DNA from: Rhizophagus irregularis
Lineage: Eukaryota
Length of the DNA: 64,000 nt
Assembly (NCBI RefSeq): GCF_026210795.1
Contig: NC_089432.1
Location: 5,704,001 to 5,768,000 of the forward strand
Direction of reading: 5' to 3'
The number at the start of each line of letters is the position of its first letter. The first letter of the stretch is position 1. Positions 25,162 through 39,452 of the stretch are shown here, in pieces. Both the position numbers and the translations under genes were made by a program. The notes below the pieces were generated by a model. The model had not been told where the DNA came from. It saw nothing but the letters and a program-made list of their open reading frames with translations, and searched no databases.

Positions 25162-26423
25162 ATGCTTTCCAAGAGCACACCAGCAACCGCTTCCATGCGT
25201 AAAAAAGATATATTCTCTCAGTTTATAGATGTATTTTCATATGAAACTTTTATTCTGCATTACAAAGGTACAGTATTGCTAAACGTACTTGTACAAGTCA
25301 TAGCATTTTCAGCATACTCGTTGTGGTATGTTATATTCGCGGGACATGGGTTTGCACCAGTATTTAGTAATTCACTTATACCTATATTAACCATCGTAAC
25401 TGCTGGTATGATTGGTTTGAGAACTAATAGTAGTTATGATAGATTTTGGGAAGGAAGAAAATTATGGAGTGGTTTAGTGGCTAATATTAGGAATGCTACT
25501 AGAATACTTTGGTTTAGTGTAGCTAAAGATGATAATGACGGTGAAGGAGAAGCAAATGATAATGAAGAAATAAAACAAGCAATTCGATTATTTATTGCGC
25601 TTGCTATAGCTATTAAACATAGACTTCGTGAGGAAAACGGAGTGGGGTATTTAGATTTAAAAAATTTAATACCTTATGCCTATAGAAAATTCGAAGAAAA
25701 ACATGAATATGTTTTAGAAGAACATGAATCACAAAATTCTCATTCTTCTGAAGCTGTTATAAGCGAGAAAAGGAATATGAATATAAGCGATAATATAAAA
25801 AAATATTACGAAACTCGTAATATACCTATTGATATTACTCATATGATATATAATTATATAAACATGTTTAAAAAACAGGATAAATTGGATTCTAGCACTT
25901 TTAATACTATTAATTCTTTAATTCATTCTATGACCGAAATATACACTGGGTTTGAAAGAATTTTTACCACACCAATTCCTCTCGCTTATTCTGTTCATTT
26001 AAAAGTAAGTTATATATACTTTTTTTAATATTTGAAATTTCTTTTTTCTTTTATTCTCATATAATTTCTTTTTTGTATATTAGCAAATGATAACATTATA
26101 TATCTTGGCATTACCACCGCAATTATATGAGAAATTAGGATGGTATACAGTTCCTATAACTGCTATAGCTACATTCACATTCTTCGGTGTTGATGCTATT
26201 GGCAGTGAGATTGAGAATCCTTTTGGTTATGATATTAACGTAAGTTATAAGAATTAACTGTTCGAAATTTTCTTTTTCTACTCGAAACCTTTCGATACAT
26301 TTTTTTTTTAACATTTAGGATTTACCCGTTGATGATTATTGTTCAAATCTAAGAAAAGAAATTGAAAGTTTATTTGAAGAACGTCCTTTAGATCCATGTC
26401 AATGGAATAAGAAAACTGAATAA
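25162..26423 (+). CDS. Bestrophin / UPF0187 (YneE-like) anion channel, 3 exons
   Basis: RTNSSYDRFWEGRKLW, ERIFTTPIPLAYSVHL, FFGVDAIGSEIENPFGYDINDLP. Confidence 0.92.
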
Positions 26424-26642
26424 ATAAATTTTATTTTTTTCTACTGGATTTACCATTTAACGACTGGTATAAAAGACAAATCAGCTTGGCAGATATATAA
26501 AAGTTTTTTTTTTTGGCTTAAATTGTAATGGCTCGATAAAAGGTCCAAAGATTCGTAATATTTATTATCATCGGATAAGTATTCTTTATTTTTTAAACTT
26601 TTAAATATTATGAAAATGATAATCATGTATTATAATGTATAA

Positions 26643-29600
26643 TTAAAAATAACAATCCATAGCATAATCGTCATTTTCATCTTCAATCATATCCGTTTCA
26701 GTCATCATTTTTGTAGTGACGTTCTCCAAAGCTTCTTTATATAAATGTTCAACATCTATAGTTGCTTCAAGACGTTCAAAATCGATCATACAAATGTTTT
26801 GATAAAAATTATAATACTTTTGTTTCAATGAGGTTGATTCGTCAATTAATTGTTTGTGTGGAATTTGAGAACAACTGATAATCGTAGCAAACGGTGACGG
26901 TAGTAGTCCTCGAATTGTTGGTAATTCTCGATATGGGATTATCCTTTCAAGATAATGTTTAAGTCGTTTAAGTATTGCAAGTACTTCACTACGAACTAAT
27001 CGACTCGAATCTTCTGCCTAAATAATATATAAAACAAATTGAATAATTTATTCTAATTTGTAAATAGATAAATTAATTTTCATTGACTATACGTACAGCA
27101 GCGACAAGTAATTTATCTCCATCCAGCCAATAAAACCAAGAAGAATCTTGACCTATCAGTAAACTATTGCCACTTATATCTTTATTATGTTTTGTTTTCT
27201 TTTGTCCGTAATTTAATCGATCTTGTTCACAATGATCCCATACAGATGCCAGAAATTGACAGCCGTTAATTCGAACATAAAAATCTGGATCATCCATAAT
27301 TTTATCCATTATATTTGGACTAATAGTTATTAAAAAAAATTAGGTTTTAACCAAAAAAAAAGAAAAAAAATCCTTTTCAAAATAATACATACTTCATAAT
27401 TTCTGCATTACGATCGTCCAACAAAATTGTGCCGCATTCACGTTCAACAATGAGACATGTCATTAACTCCATCACAGCTCTTCGTACGAAAGCTTCAGAA
27501 TCTCTCATCATAAAAGGTAGCTTTAGTGCAATATCTTCTTGCAATTGTCCAGATACAATATACTGCCAGCCTTTTGAGTTTCTAATAATTGTCTATGTTT
27601 TAAATTTTTAAACAATTAAATCAGCATAAAAAGCATAAATATGTTACCATCAAATAAATTAATAAAAAATTGCCTTAATTGCTTTCAAACATGAAGCACG
27701 AACGTATGGTTCTTCGTCATTAATCTTTGCAAACACAATATTAAGTAAATCAAATTTTATAATAAAATTCACCCCAGAACCAACATTTGACGACTAAATT
27801 ACTGAAGGTAAGTAATATCAATATATATAAAAAAAACATTATGGGTGTAAACTTCAAACCTTATCAAATAATCCACCTATAAATTCTAAAATTGAATCAC
27901 GAATATCCCAACGCAAATCACAAGCTCTAAATATTAGGACGTCAGCCCATTCCTTTGCATATTTACTGTATAAAATATATGTTCCCATAACGTTTGCACA
28001 AAGCAATTTTTCCATAGTTTCAAGTAATAAAACCATCCCACGACATTCTATTTTTGAATCTAAAGCTAAAAATTGAATTGCTTGTAATGTCTATTACGAT
28101 AACGAAAGAGTTATATATAATTTCATGGTAAATATTAAAGTAGATTAGAGAATCAATTAATTTACAGGTACCTTATTCACGATTTCTTGATCGGTTATTT
28201 TATTATAGTCTATTTTAGTGAAAAGTACAACGGGTATTATACTAAGTGCTTCTTTCATAATACGCTGATCTGTATTAAACTCTGGCATAAACAAAATATC
28301 TAGTATCATGCATATTGATGATGTGTTCTAAAGAAAAAAGAAGAATTTTTTTATTTGATAAATATACAATCGTTTCACAAATTGCATTAAACTTTAGATA
28401 CTTTACCGCAACTGCAGCAGCATTTTTTTGTGAAATAACGCGAATTGTATGCAATATGTTGAGAATCAATAATTTCCGGCCAGCAAAATTTCGTTTTGTT
28501 TGGAAAAGTTTCTTTAACTGTATACAATAATGAATGCTCACGTGAATATTTTATTTTACTATAATATATTATTACAATTTAATGTACCTTTTCAAATGTA
28601 CCATTCTCAAATATGACTTCGAAATGCACATAATTGTGCCGAAGATATTCAAATTTTTCAGGATTTTCTATATTTTGTTGATTTGTTGCAAAACCAAGCA
28701 AAAATATCAATAAATCCATAAAGACTGATGCTATTATAATTTTTCCTTTAGAAACGCGTTCAACTAATTTTATGGAAGACTCAAGTACATTGACTGCCAT
28801 TGTAATCATTTCAAAACTAGAGTCAGTATTCCACAACGGGAAAACGAAATCATTTATGATATAATTCAAAGCTATATAATCAATGTAATATAAAAGAATA
28901 TTAGGATCATGAATAAAAAATTTAAAAAGGAACATCATGTTTCGAAAAATTTCATACTTTCTGTGACAGAGTCTTTAGTATCTAAAGATCCTGATCTCTT
29001 AAATAAAGAAATCGGATCAGGAACCCAATCTAGCACTATGCACAAAATGTCGTTTGCTCTTGCTCTTATATTTCTATCTGGATCAGTTAACAAAACATTC
29101 AACCTGTTCAACTAAAACCAATTGAAACAATAATATCTTTAACATAAATGAAGACATAATATACATAATGTTTTATTTTAAAAAAAATCTTCATTTACCA
29201 GATGCCCTTGTTTTATAAATTCGATGGCATTGTTTGTCCGTGAATTTACTAATTCCCAAATTATCTGCAAAGCTTCCAAACGACGCCTTATATCAACAGA
29301 TGAATCAAACGCAAATTGATTTATTTTATTGAAAAGATCAAGTGAAGTTATTAAAGAATCCATAAGGGCATCCTGTGTTTCAGTATTTTTCCAATTCGTA
29401 GTTAAAGAGAGTTTTGCGAATAATGAACAATTGTTGATTATAGTTAAGAGTAGCTTAGACGCTGTAACTGTTACCTTTAATCAAACGTCCAAACCATCAA
29501 TAATTATATTTATTTATTTTTAACATACAAATATAAAATAATGAAATTTACATACATATGTACTAGAATCATCGAAACATTTTGCTACGATTTGATGGCT

Positions 29601-30172
29601 TTTATTTGATTCGAGAAACCTTCAATTGATTTCGTATATTTGTTAAATAATAATCTATTACACAAATTGCACGAAAAGTTCTTAATGAAATACCATTTAG
29701 CGCCAAGGTTATAAATTACTATTTGTTCTAAAGCCTCAATACATGAAAGACGCATCAAAGCTTCTTCGTTAAATACATTGTCTAAAATAAAATGAAGTAT
29801 ACCCATATAGTTTGTATGTAGCTGAGAAAACAATGGAGCATGATGCCTATCATCATTGGCCAAAAGACGCGCAAGAAAACGAATTGATAATGCCATAATC
29901 CTGTAATCTTCGTGCACTCGCATGATGCAAGACTATAGAAGTTCACTAATTTATTAAAAAGAAATAAAAACATTATAATTGAAGTCTTTATTTTGATAAT
30001 TACACACACGTATTATATCCAGGATGTCCCATTCAATGAATTTGACCACTGTTTTTGGACCTTGCGACGCGTATTCTGATAAGTATGATAACACTTTTTC
30101 ATGAATTGTGTCGTCCACTATGTCTTTAGACATATGTGGCAAAGATTTCACAATATTTTGAAGTTTTTCCAT
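26643..30172 (-). CDS. BRAT1: BRAT1-like ARM/HEAT repeat protein (multi-exon)
   Basis: Helical repeats DLRWDIRDSILEF, DEEPYVRASC, DSEAFVRRAVM, DPDFYVRI and an acidic C-terminus ending AMDCYF. BRAT1 proteins end in a DCY motif. Confidence 0.72.
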
Positions 30173-30365
30173 TATGAAGTTAGTAATTTGTGTTGAATTC
30201 AAAAATATATAAGTACAATTATTCACTGTAAAAAAAAAAAAAATTGAATTTTTCCGCGCATTTTTATGTACGACAATTATATAAAAATTGTGATCGGCAT
30301 AAAAAAATTTTTCCTCCTCCTTCGTCTCCTCTTTGTAGGATAAGTATAATAAAAAGTCAGCCAAA

Positions 30366-31049
30366 ATGGGTCGTATGCACGCTCCCGGTAAAGGTATTTC
30401 TGATTCTGCTCTTCCGTACCGACGGACTCAACCTACTTGGTTAAAGACTACAGCCGAAGACGTACGTGAACAAATTTTCAAATTTGCAAAAAAGGGTATG
30501 ACACCTTCACAAATTGGTGTTCAACTCAGAGATTCTCACGGTATCGCACAAGTGAAGAGCGTTACCGGGAATAAGATTCTTCGTATATTGAAATCAAATG
30601 GTACGAATTTAATATTTTTAATTTAATTCAAAAAAAAAGAAAAAAAAATATTTTTTTTTCTTTAAAAAATAAGAATTCCATCCATCTAATTCCTTCAACA
30701 TTTAAGGATTGGCACCTGAAATTCCTGAAGATTTATATCATTTAATCAAGAAAGCTGTTGCTGTTCGTAAACACTTAGAACGTAATCGTAAAGATAAAGA
30801 CGCCAAATTTAGATTGATCTTGATTGAATCTAGAATTCATCGTCTTGCCAGATACTACAAGAAAGCTGGTCAATTGGCTCCAAACTGGAAATAGTATCCT
30901 TAGCAGTTATAATGGTTATAATTTATAAATGATCTTGATTTCGTAAACAAGAAATATTTTCTTTCTGCATTCTATTCTACATGGTATTATTATACCTTAA
31001 CTTGTTTTTTTACAGCGAATCTTCAACTGCAAGCGCCTTGGTTGCTTAA
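30366..31049 (+). CDS. RPS13: 40S ribosomal protein S13 (uS15), 3 exons
   Basis: [18 protein letters not shown]...[12 protein letters not shown]. Exons 30366-30600, ~30707-30893 and 31016-31049. Confidence 0.99.
30894..31015 (+). other. U12-type (minor spliceosome) GT-AG intron in RPS13
   Basis: 5' splice site GTATCCTT and branch site TACCTTAAC at 30993-31001, 14 nt before the 3' splice site. Confidence 0.9.
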
Positions 31050-31278
31050 GTATATTGAGTATTTTATTTTTTTTTTATTATCAGACTTATAATTCAAAAT
31101 GAAAAAATTATTTTAAGGATTAGATCTAAAATTCTTACTTTATTAAAATTAATTAATATTCTACGATTATTCTTTAAAAAAATATTTATGTTGTATGATT
31201 GTTTTTATTGAGAATTTGTAATGATATTCGATCGCGTGCTTTGTGGATAATTGTCTTTTCTATTCTTATTTGAGACAT

Positions 31279-31367
31279 GGGATATGATGAACAAAATAAT
31301 ACTGAAACTTTATGTTTAATGAAGTTATCAAATATTAAATATTATGTATTCACACTGTCTGATCTCA
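31279..31367 (+). ncRNA. Box C/D snoRNA, probable guide for LSU rRNA 2'-O-methylation (snR51-like target)
   Basis: Box C ATGATGA 31284-31290, D' CTGA 31302-31305, box D CTGA 31359-31362, short terminal stem. Guide TGTATTCACACTG is complementary to the fungal LSU rRNA segment CAGUGUGAAUACA (rRNA sequence recalled, not aligned here). Confidence 0.8.
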
Positions 31368-31529
31368 GTTTCAAAAAAGAATTGATAAGTCGAAGCAAAG
31401 TCATTTTGAGTTGAATGGAGGACTTTTTTTTAAAGAATTATTTTAAAGAATCACTGTTAAGAATTTTATAATATAAAAAATTTTAATTATATACAAATGA
31501 ATCTTGCACGTGTAATAAGTCATCAATAT

Positions 31530-32466
31530 TTATGCGCGTCTAAATTCAGATTTTATCTCCGAAATCCCAACGGGAACACCACCCTTTGAATATAAATAAG
31601 TTTAAACATCATAATTTAAATAAAGTAAAAACAGATGGAAAGTACCTTTTCATCATATTCGGCCCAATCACCTTCAGTAAGATCAATATCTTCGAATACA
31701 GTTCCTGATTTGATACCTACAGCTTTAAAACCAGCCTGATAAGTTAAATCGTGAAATTGTGTAACACGTGACCAATAACAAAAAAAATTTTTTTTTAGTA
31801 AGTTGCGTCGACTCGAATTAAAATTTTAAACACAATAATCATATATCTTTACTCTAGGTTCAAAATCGATTAATTCTATTCCTCTGCATTCAATGATTGC
31901 CATTTTAGCAAAACTTCCATTATTTTCAATAGTATAAGGCTTAATTGGAGATGTGTCAAATTCTACAAATGTCAAAATTATATGATTATAGTGTTAAATT
32001 ATTATAGTAACAAATAATAAATGATAGCTTACGTGCTGAACTTTCTCGTTTGCAGAATTTACAACGCATTAGAAAATTCGCAGTTCCTCTCGACCCTGGC
32101 AACTCATTTTGAGCCTATACAAAATTAAACTTGAATCAAAATATTTGAACCATATGAACGAAAAACTTACCAATCGGTTCACTCCAACCCAGTTGTCATT
32201 TTCCTCGTTACAACTTGTACATTTTACCTTATAACAAAATTCCACAAAGAATTACTCAATAATCAAAAATCTTCGAACTAAAAAGCGAGTTAAAACCTTA
32301 AAATGCCACTCATAATCATCGTCACCTGGACCAACCTCCGTCACGTTTTCAAGTTCTGCCTTAAAATGAAGAGCGAGTTTCTATACAAGCCAAAAAAGCT
32401 CAATTGCTAATTAAGAAAAACAAAAAAGAATAATAAAAATGAAGGAAAAAAGCTACACACCACCAT
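31530..32466 (-). CDS. CZIB: CXXC zinc-binding protein (DUF866/UPF0587, C1orf123-like), 7 small exons
   Basis: Manual assembly MV-KLALHFKAELENVT...HFKVKCTSCNE...GSRGTANFLMRCKFCKRE...ECRGIELIDFEPR...DWAEYDEK...SEFRRA*. Absent from the ORF track. Confidence 0.93.
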
Positions 32467-32592
32467 TTTTTGTTATGGCATACGTAAAGATCAATTGTGT
32501 CTATATATATTTTGAAAGATTGACAATGATCAGTACGACATATTTAGAATTTTTAAAATTTATCCGATAATCATTAAATTTTATCTTCAAAT

Positions 32593-33835
32593 ATGCGAAA
32601 AAGTAACCAAGCGATACGTTCTTTGAGCTCTTTTTCTCTATTTACTCACAAAAATATAGGCTTTACCTCTTCATTAACTCGTTCAAAAAGACTTTTCCCT
32701 TCACAATTTATTCCAGGGTTTACGTTACGAGTTTCAGTGTCATCATCTTCACCTTCTCCACCAGGTCCACCAAAAGACCCAATACCCACACCTGATCCAA
32801 CTGATATAAATCCTCCGATTAATAATTTACCACCCCCTAAGAAAACTGGTTATTCGATAACTTTTCGTGTGTAATCTTTTATCTTTATTTGTTAAAGTCA
32901 AAAATTAAATAGGATATAAGGATATAAAGCAAAATACTCTTTTATTTATTATAGCTTGGCTTTACGGTAATCAATCGCCACGGATAAAACATTATCCATA
33001 TCCAATAACAAATTTTTGGACTTCTATAATATCATTATTACCAGCATTTTTTCAACATGAATTATGTAAGTGGGCAATGTCGAGGATGTTAAAGAGCGCG
33101 GTATCCGCTGAATATTTTCCAGAACAATTTCTGCAAGGAGGTATAATATTCTTTTTATAGAACTTAACTCTTTTCGTACATAAGTAATAAAAAAATCTGT
33201 AAATTTCAGCCGCATTTGCTGCACGACAAGTATGTACATCTCTTTCAACTCCATCTGAACGCGATGAATTACAAGATATGTTGACTACTAGATTTTATGA
33301 TAGAATTATTACTGAACTTGATAAATTAGAATCAGAGAAATCTAGTATAACCATTGATATGTTAAAAATTTATGGATTAAATATTCGTGATGTATGGATG
33401 TCAATTGGACCTAAAAAGGCATATTCTAACACAAAAAAAGAATATCGTATATTAAAATGGATGACAATGAAATTGGCTATTCGTAATACACCTTCAGAAG
33501 GTGATTTTAATGAATCAAGAGCAAAAGTAGCTAAAAGCTTTAGCGATGGAATTAATTTTAAAGTAGATGTTGAAATAGATGCTGATATGCAATACATTCT
33601 AAAATCGGCAAAAAATGAGATTTTTATAAATGATCAATCAAGAAGGTTGGTATTATTTCGATTTGAGAGCCTCTATTTTGAACCTGCTGATCGAATATAT
33701 TACAAAGTATCTTCTGATAATGGCGAAGAGTCAAATTGGACTTGGCGTGTGGGAGATATTGATTATTTGTTGGAAATTGAAGATTTAGAAAACGAAATGA
33801 GAGAAGAGAAAGATTCGAATCATTCAGAAGATTGA
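32593..33835 (+). CDS. Putative mitochondrial protein (MAIP1/Tim44-like C-terminus possible)
   Basis: R/S/F-rich presequence-like N-terminus, a Pro-rich linker and C-terminal VLFRFES...WRVGDIDY; 3 exons. Confidence 0.55.
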
Positions 33836-33917
33836 AAAAGATATGATTTCATGGATTTCGCACAAAATAGTGTTATTATTTTTATTTGTATTTCTTAATT
33901 TACATATGATCCGTGAA

Positions 33918-35325
<1,408 letters not shown>

Positions 35326-35513
35326 AGTTTTGTAATCTTTTTTAGTGATGTAATACTGACAAAAAAGATGACTGAAATTTTTTTACAGTACGCACGTGTT
35401 AAATAATGTTCGATAGATCAAAAAAATCTATTTGTTTGTTACATATACATGTGAATTTTTCCGATTAAATACAAAAAAAAACTGCAAAAAATTATTTTTT
35501 AAATTGTCTTTGA

Positions 35514-37082
35514 ATGTCCACTTTTAATCAACAAGCTTTTTTCCTAGCAAATATTAACCCAATAGATTTGACCATGTCGGATACTACAGATATAACTAAT
35601 ATGCCAAATATTAAAGTATCTACAGGATCACCGTCGTCGTCTTCACAAATATCGTCTCCTCCACCTGTTGACTTTTTATATTCTACACCACCCAGTATAA
35701 CTCGTGTTTTAACATACACTTCACCATTTGTACACTTTTTTTCATATTTTTTATCTTTGGTTACCTGGTCAACGGGAAATCCTTCAGAATCTTGTTTATT
35801 AGTGGCTGCTTGGTGGACAATTTGCCTTTACCCAACAGAAATTATAATATATGGAACTCATATACTTCTATTAGTTTGGATAGGTTGGAAATGGGTTGAA
35901 AAAGGTAAAAGCGAAAAACTTGGAAAACCAAGCTCAGCTTCAAAATCCACTTCACAACTTGATTTGAATAGAACAGTTTCAGAAATACACACTATATCTG
36001 ATAAACTTACGTCATTTCACGCTCTTATTAATCTAATTCGTTCAAATGTTGATTGGACAAATTCTTCACAAACTCAAAAAGTTGTACGTGGATTAATATA
36101 TTCATATCCAATTTGGTTAGTATTGACATATTTCGTTTCATTAACATGGATTTTCATTATTTTGGGAACATTTGGATTAGTATGGCATAGTCCATGGTTT
36201 AAATTTACTCGATATATTCTTATTAAATCACCGATATTTCATGGAATTATGGATTTAATATGCGTATATGTTTGTGGAGGTAATTTATCACAACAAGGAG
36301 AAAGGGGAGGATTTTCTGTTAGAGCTTTTGGAACTTTGATTAGTAAAGCAAAAGAACAACAAAAGAAACTTGCAGGTAAAAAAGATAATAATAATAAAGA
36401 TGAAAATAAAACTTGTACAGATTTAATATTTAGATTTGTTATATATGAGAATCAACGTTGGTGGTTAGGTTTAGATTGGACCACAAATTTATTCTTAAAT
36501 GAAAGACCCGCTTGGTCTGATGAATATAATGAACCAACAAATCCTAAAAGTTCATTTGAATTACCACCAACTACTACAATTAGTGAAACACCTGAAGATT
36601 CAAACGTTCTAATTAAGAAAACCATGGAATGGAAATGGGAAAATTCAGATTGGTGGATTGATTACGATGGTGATGTTGATAATGATGGTTGGCAATATGC
36701 TGATAATAGGTGGAATAATCTTTCTTCAAAAAGTGGTTTTAGAAAATACACACGAAGAAGAAAATGGGTTAGAACTGCAAGATTAATTGAAACGATTGAA
36801 AAAATTGATAAAAGCGATGAAAGTAAAGACGATGAAGATCAACAAGATCAACAGGATCAACAGAATCAAGAAAATAAACAGAATCAAAAGATTACAGAAA
36901 TATCAGAAGATTTTGAAACTAAAGAGAATAATAATAAACCTCCTCCATATTCCTTATCGTTAAATTCAAGTAATTCAAGTGATAATAAATCTAAATCTTT
37001 ACCACTTATTTCAAGAAAAGCAAATGGAAAATTTGATTCTGAATCTATTTCTTTTACTGTTTCATCTGAAAAAGAAAACTAA
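35514..37082 (+). CDS. Pex23/Pex30-family peroxin with dysferlin domain
   Basis: Hydrophobic reticulon-like segments and DysF motifs IYENQRWWLGLDW, DGWQY, YTRRRKWVR. The start may be at 35574. Confidence 0.9.
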   Translation: MSTFNQQAFFLANINPIDLTMSDTTDITNMPNIKVSTGSPSSSSQISSPPPVDFLYSTPPSITRVLTYTSPFVHFFSYFLSLVTWSTGNPSESCLLVAAWWTICLYPTEIIIYGTHILLLVWIGWKWVEKGKSEKLGKPSSASKSTSQLDLNRTVSEIHTISDKLTSFHALINLIRSNVDWTNSSQTQKVVRGLIYSYPIWLVLTYFVSLTWIFIILGTFGLVWHSPWFKFTRYILIKSPIFHGIMDLICVYVCGGNLSQQGERGGFSVRAFGTLISKAKEQQKKLAGKKDNNNKDENKTCTDLIFRFVIYENQRWWLGLDWTTNLFLNERPAWSDEYNEPTNPKSSFELPPTTTISETPEDSNVLIKKTMEWKWENSDWWIDYDGDVDNDGWQYADNRWNNLSSKSGFRKYTRRRKWVRTARLIETIEKIDKSDESKDDEDQQDQQDQQNQENKQNQKITEISEDFETKENNNKPPPYSLSLNSSNSSDNKSKSLPLISRKANGKFDSESISFTVSSEKEN

Positions 37083-37306
37083 GATGGAAACCCGATTAAA
37101 TAGAGTTCTTCGTAATGAGCATATACATATACATATATTTCATTATTTATTTACGTTTTAATATAATAAAAAAAAAAAATAACAATAATAAATAAAATAA
37201 TGGTTGTTATAATAAACTTTAAATCATGAAGTTTATTCTCAATTTAATGTCACAATTTCATGTAATGAATGTGAAATAAGTTTTTTAGGCTGAAATGATA
37301 ATATTT

Positions 37307-37879
37307 TCAATTTTTAGATTTTTCGGATTTTTCATACTTTTGTTTATCACTTGTATCAGAATGATTAAAAGTATTAGAGGTCTCGGTAGTTGAAGCAGCC
37401 GTAATTTTTGACACATCTGTATTTTTTGCGTCTTCTGTAACTAGATCGATTTTTTTTGCATCTTCTGTAACCAAATTTGCTTCCTCTTCTGTATCATCAT
37501 CATCATCATCTAATTCTAAATTCTCACATTATATTAGATTAATCCTAAGTGAAAGTATATTATTAAAATAACTATACTAACCATCACCATACTCATCAGG
37601 GTGTTCTCTAAAACAATCTTTCATTTTCTGAAATTGTTCCAGACAATCAACACCTTTTGGTTCCGCCTTTGAATAAATAAAACATGAAAATGCTGCTTTA
37701 AATTGCTCTCCACAAGATCCTTTAGCCATTCCTCCTAGACATGGACAATCCCAATTAATTTCTCCAGTTTCTGGATTGAATGCATCAGACTGTTCATTTT
37801 CATTTTCATTTTTTGAAGGCGATAAGGTTTCTTGTGAAATTTTTGCCGTTTCTACATTCGTCTGTTGTGTGGAGGTCAT
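37307..37879 (-). CDS. MIA40: Mitochondrial IMS oxidoreductase Mia40/CHCHD4, 2 exons
   Basis: [14 protein letters not shown] plus twin CX9C. An acidic second exon runs 37515-37307. Confidence 0.95.
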
Positions 37880-38029
37880 TATTATATTTTTTTTTAAAAG
37901 ATCTTAACGGAAAATTTTTTAACTGGTATAGTTTTTCACGTGCAGCAGTCAAATAATAGTCATATGATTGTTGATCTATTTGAATTATATATTTATTATC
38001 ATTATTTTATATTAAAAAATGATATTACA

Positions 38030-38166
38030 TACAAAAAAAAGTCTCTATAGTGAATTTTTATATAGTGAATAATTTGCTATAATGAAGAAAACAGATTTTT
38101 ATTATATATAATAAAATGGACCTAATCTCCAGCCCATGGGATTCACTATAATGAGGGTGAACTGTA
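38030..38166. mobile_element. Degraded pogo-like MITE
   Basis: CTCTATAGTGAAT ... ATTCACTATAATGAGGGTGAACTG|TA; left end eroded. Confidence 0.45.
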
Positions 38167-39452
38167 TAATAAATATTGAAAACATAATAATTTTTTTAAA
38201 TGAACAATAACTATTTTCTTATTATGGAATTTATCAATTGGCAAACCAAACGAGTCAGCACCTAAAAAAGAAATCCAGCAAGCCAGTCAACTTCTCTAAC
38301 TAAACTTGCAAACATTCCCGCCATTCATTCCTTTATATTAATTTACTGAAAACTTGCGGCAGAAAGACACTTCACCTCCTAGTTTTTAAAAATATTCTTC
38401 TTTCCCTCAAGTCTATTGGTTAAAGATTGAGAGCAAAGAAACTACATTATTTCGCAATTGCCAGCAGTGCGAGTCACAATTTCTGTTATCTTATTATTTA
38501 TCTTATCTAACTCTGCTATCGTATTATCTATCCCTTCTCTCAATAAAGCTCCCGTCTTTGAAACCAACCTTGAGTTCGACGAACAACTTTCTCTTCCAAC
38601 TCCGCTAATCTCTTTTTTTATTCATAGTCAAGTTTTTAAATTCTTCTAAGTTTAATCTCATTCAAACCATCCAAATTCGCGAGTTTGTATAAATACTCTT
38701 CACGAGTACTTATCCAAGTTACCAGTATTTTTCATGACATGTCTCGTCTAAGTCGTCTTCATGCCAACCTCCCTTCCTCAATATCTTTTATTGGAGGGGT
38801 TACATGCCGTAATTACTGAGAAATATCATCGCTCATTTTTGTTATGTCCGCATTTTTTAAGTTTACGAAAATTAATAAACTTAATAGTTAGTACGAACTA
38901 TAGTTGTATACTTCACTACCATCTTTATCAAAATAGTTGTCCTTATAATTCATAAACTTCCATTTCTTCTCTAGTAAATCGCGCGCTAGCGACAAACAAT
39001 ATGATTTAAGCCGTCGCGACCAGCATAAGCCGCATCAGCAATTTTATTTAATACTTGCAATCTCGATGGCATCAATTAGTGTTTCATTAAATTGGCATTG
39101 TTAACAACTTTTCTGTTATGGATATTTCTTTTATACTTTTCAAGTCAGTTTGTTCTAAACAATTGTTACACAAAGTGTATTTCTCGTCCAATCAAAAATT
39201 CGATTGGATGTTTATTGTGGGGCGTTAAGGATGACAAAACTATTTGTAATCCGCAAACACGTTTTCATAATATATAAATTCGATAAAACATCGCGAAAAT
39301 CGCGCAAGTATTTTGAACTCAAACCTGAGCTTTCAAAGTTTACCTAGCTTACTTTTCGAGGCAATTCATAATAAAAAAGAATTTATAATAGTTAAAAAAA
39401 TATTCTTTATTCATGTATAAAACAAACCTTATTATATTTTATATTTTCAAAC

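Noticed and set aside
29954..30364. Longer N-terminus for the BRAT1-like gene starting at 30364
   Set aside because: Non-ATG start running through the RPS13 promoter and poly-A/T tracts. The ATG at 30172 is more plausible.
38200..39300. Short ORFs and possible decayed coding remnant between MIA40 and the LEM gene
   Set aside because: Frames are broken by stops and no family motif could be recognised.
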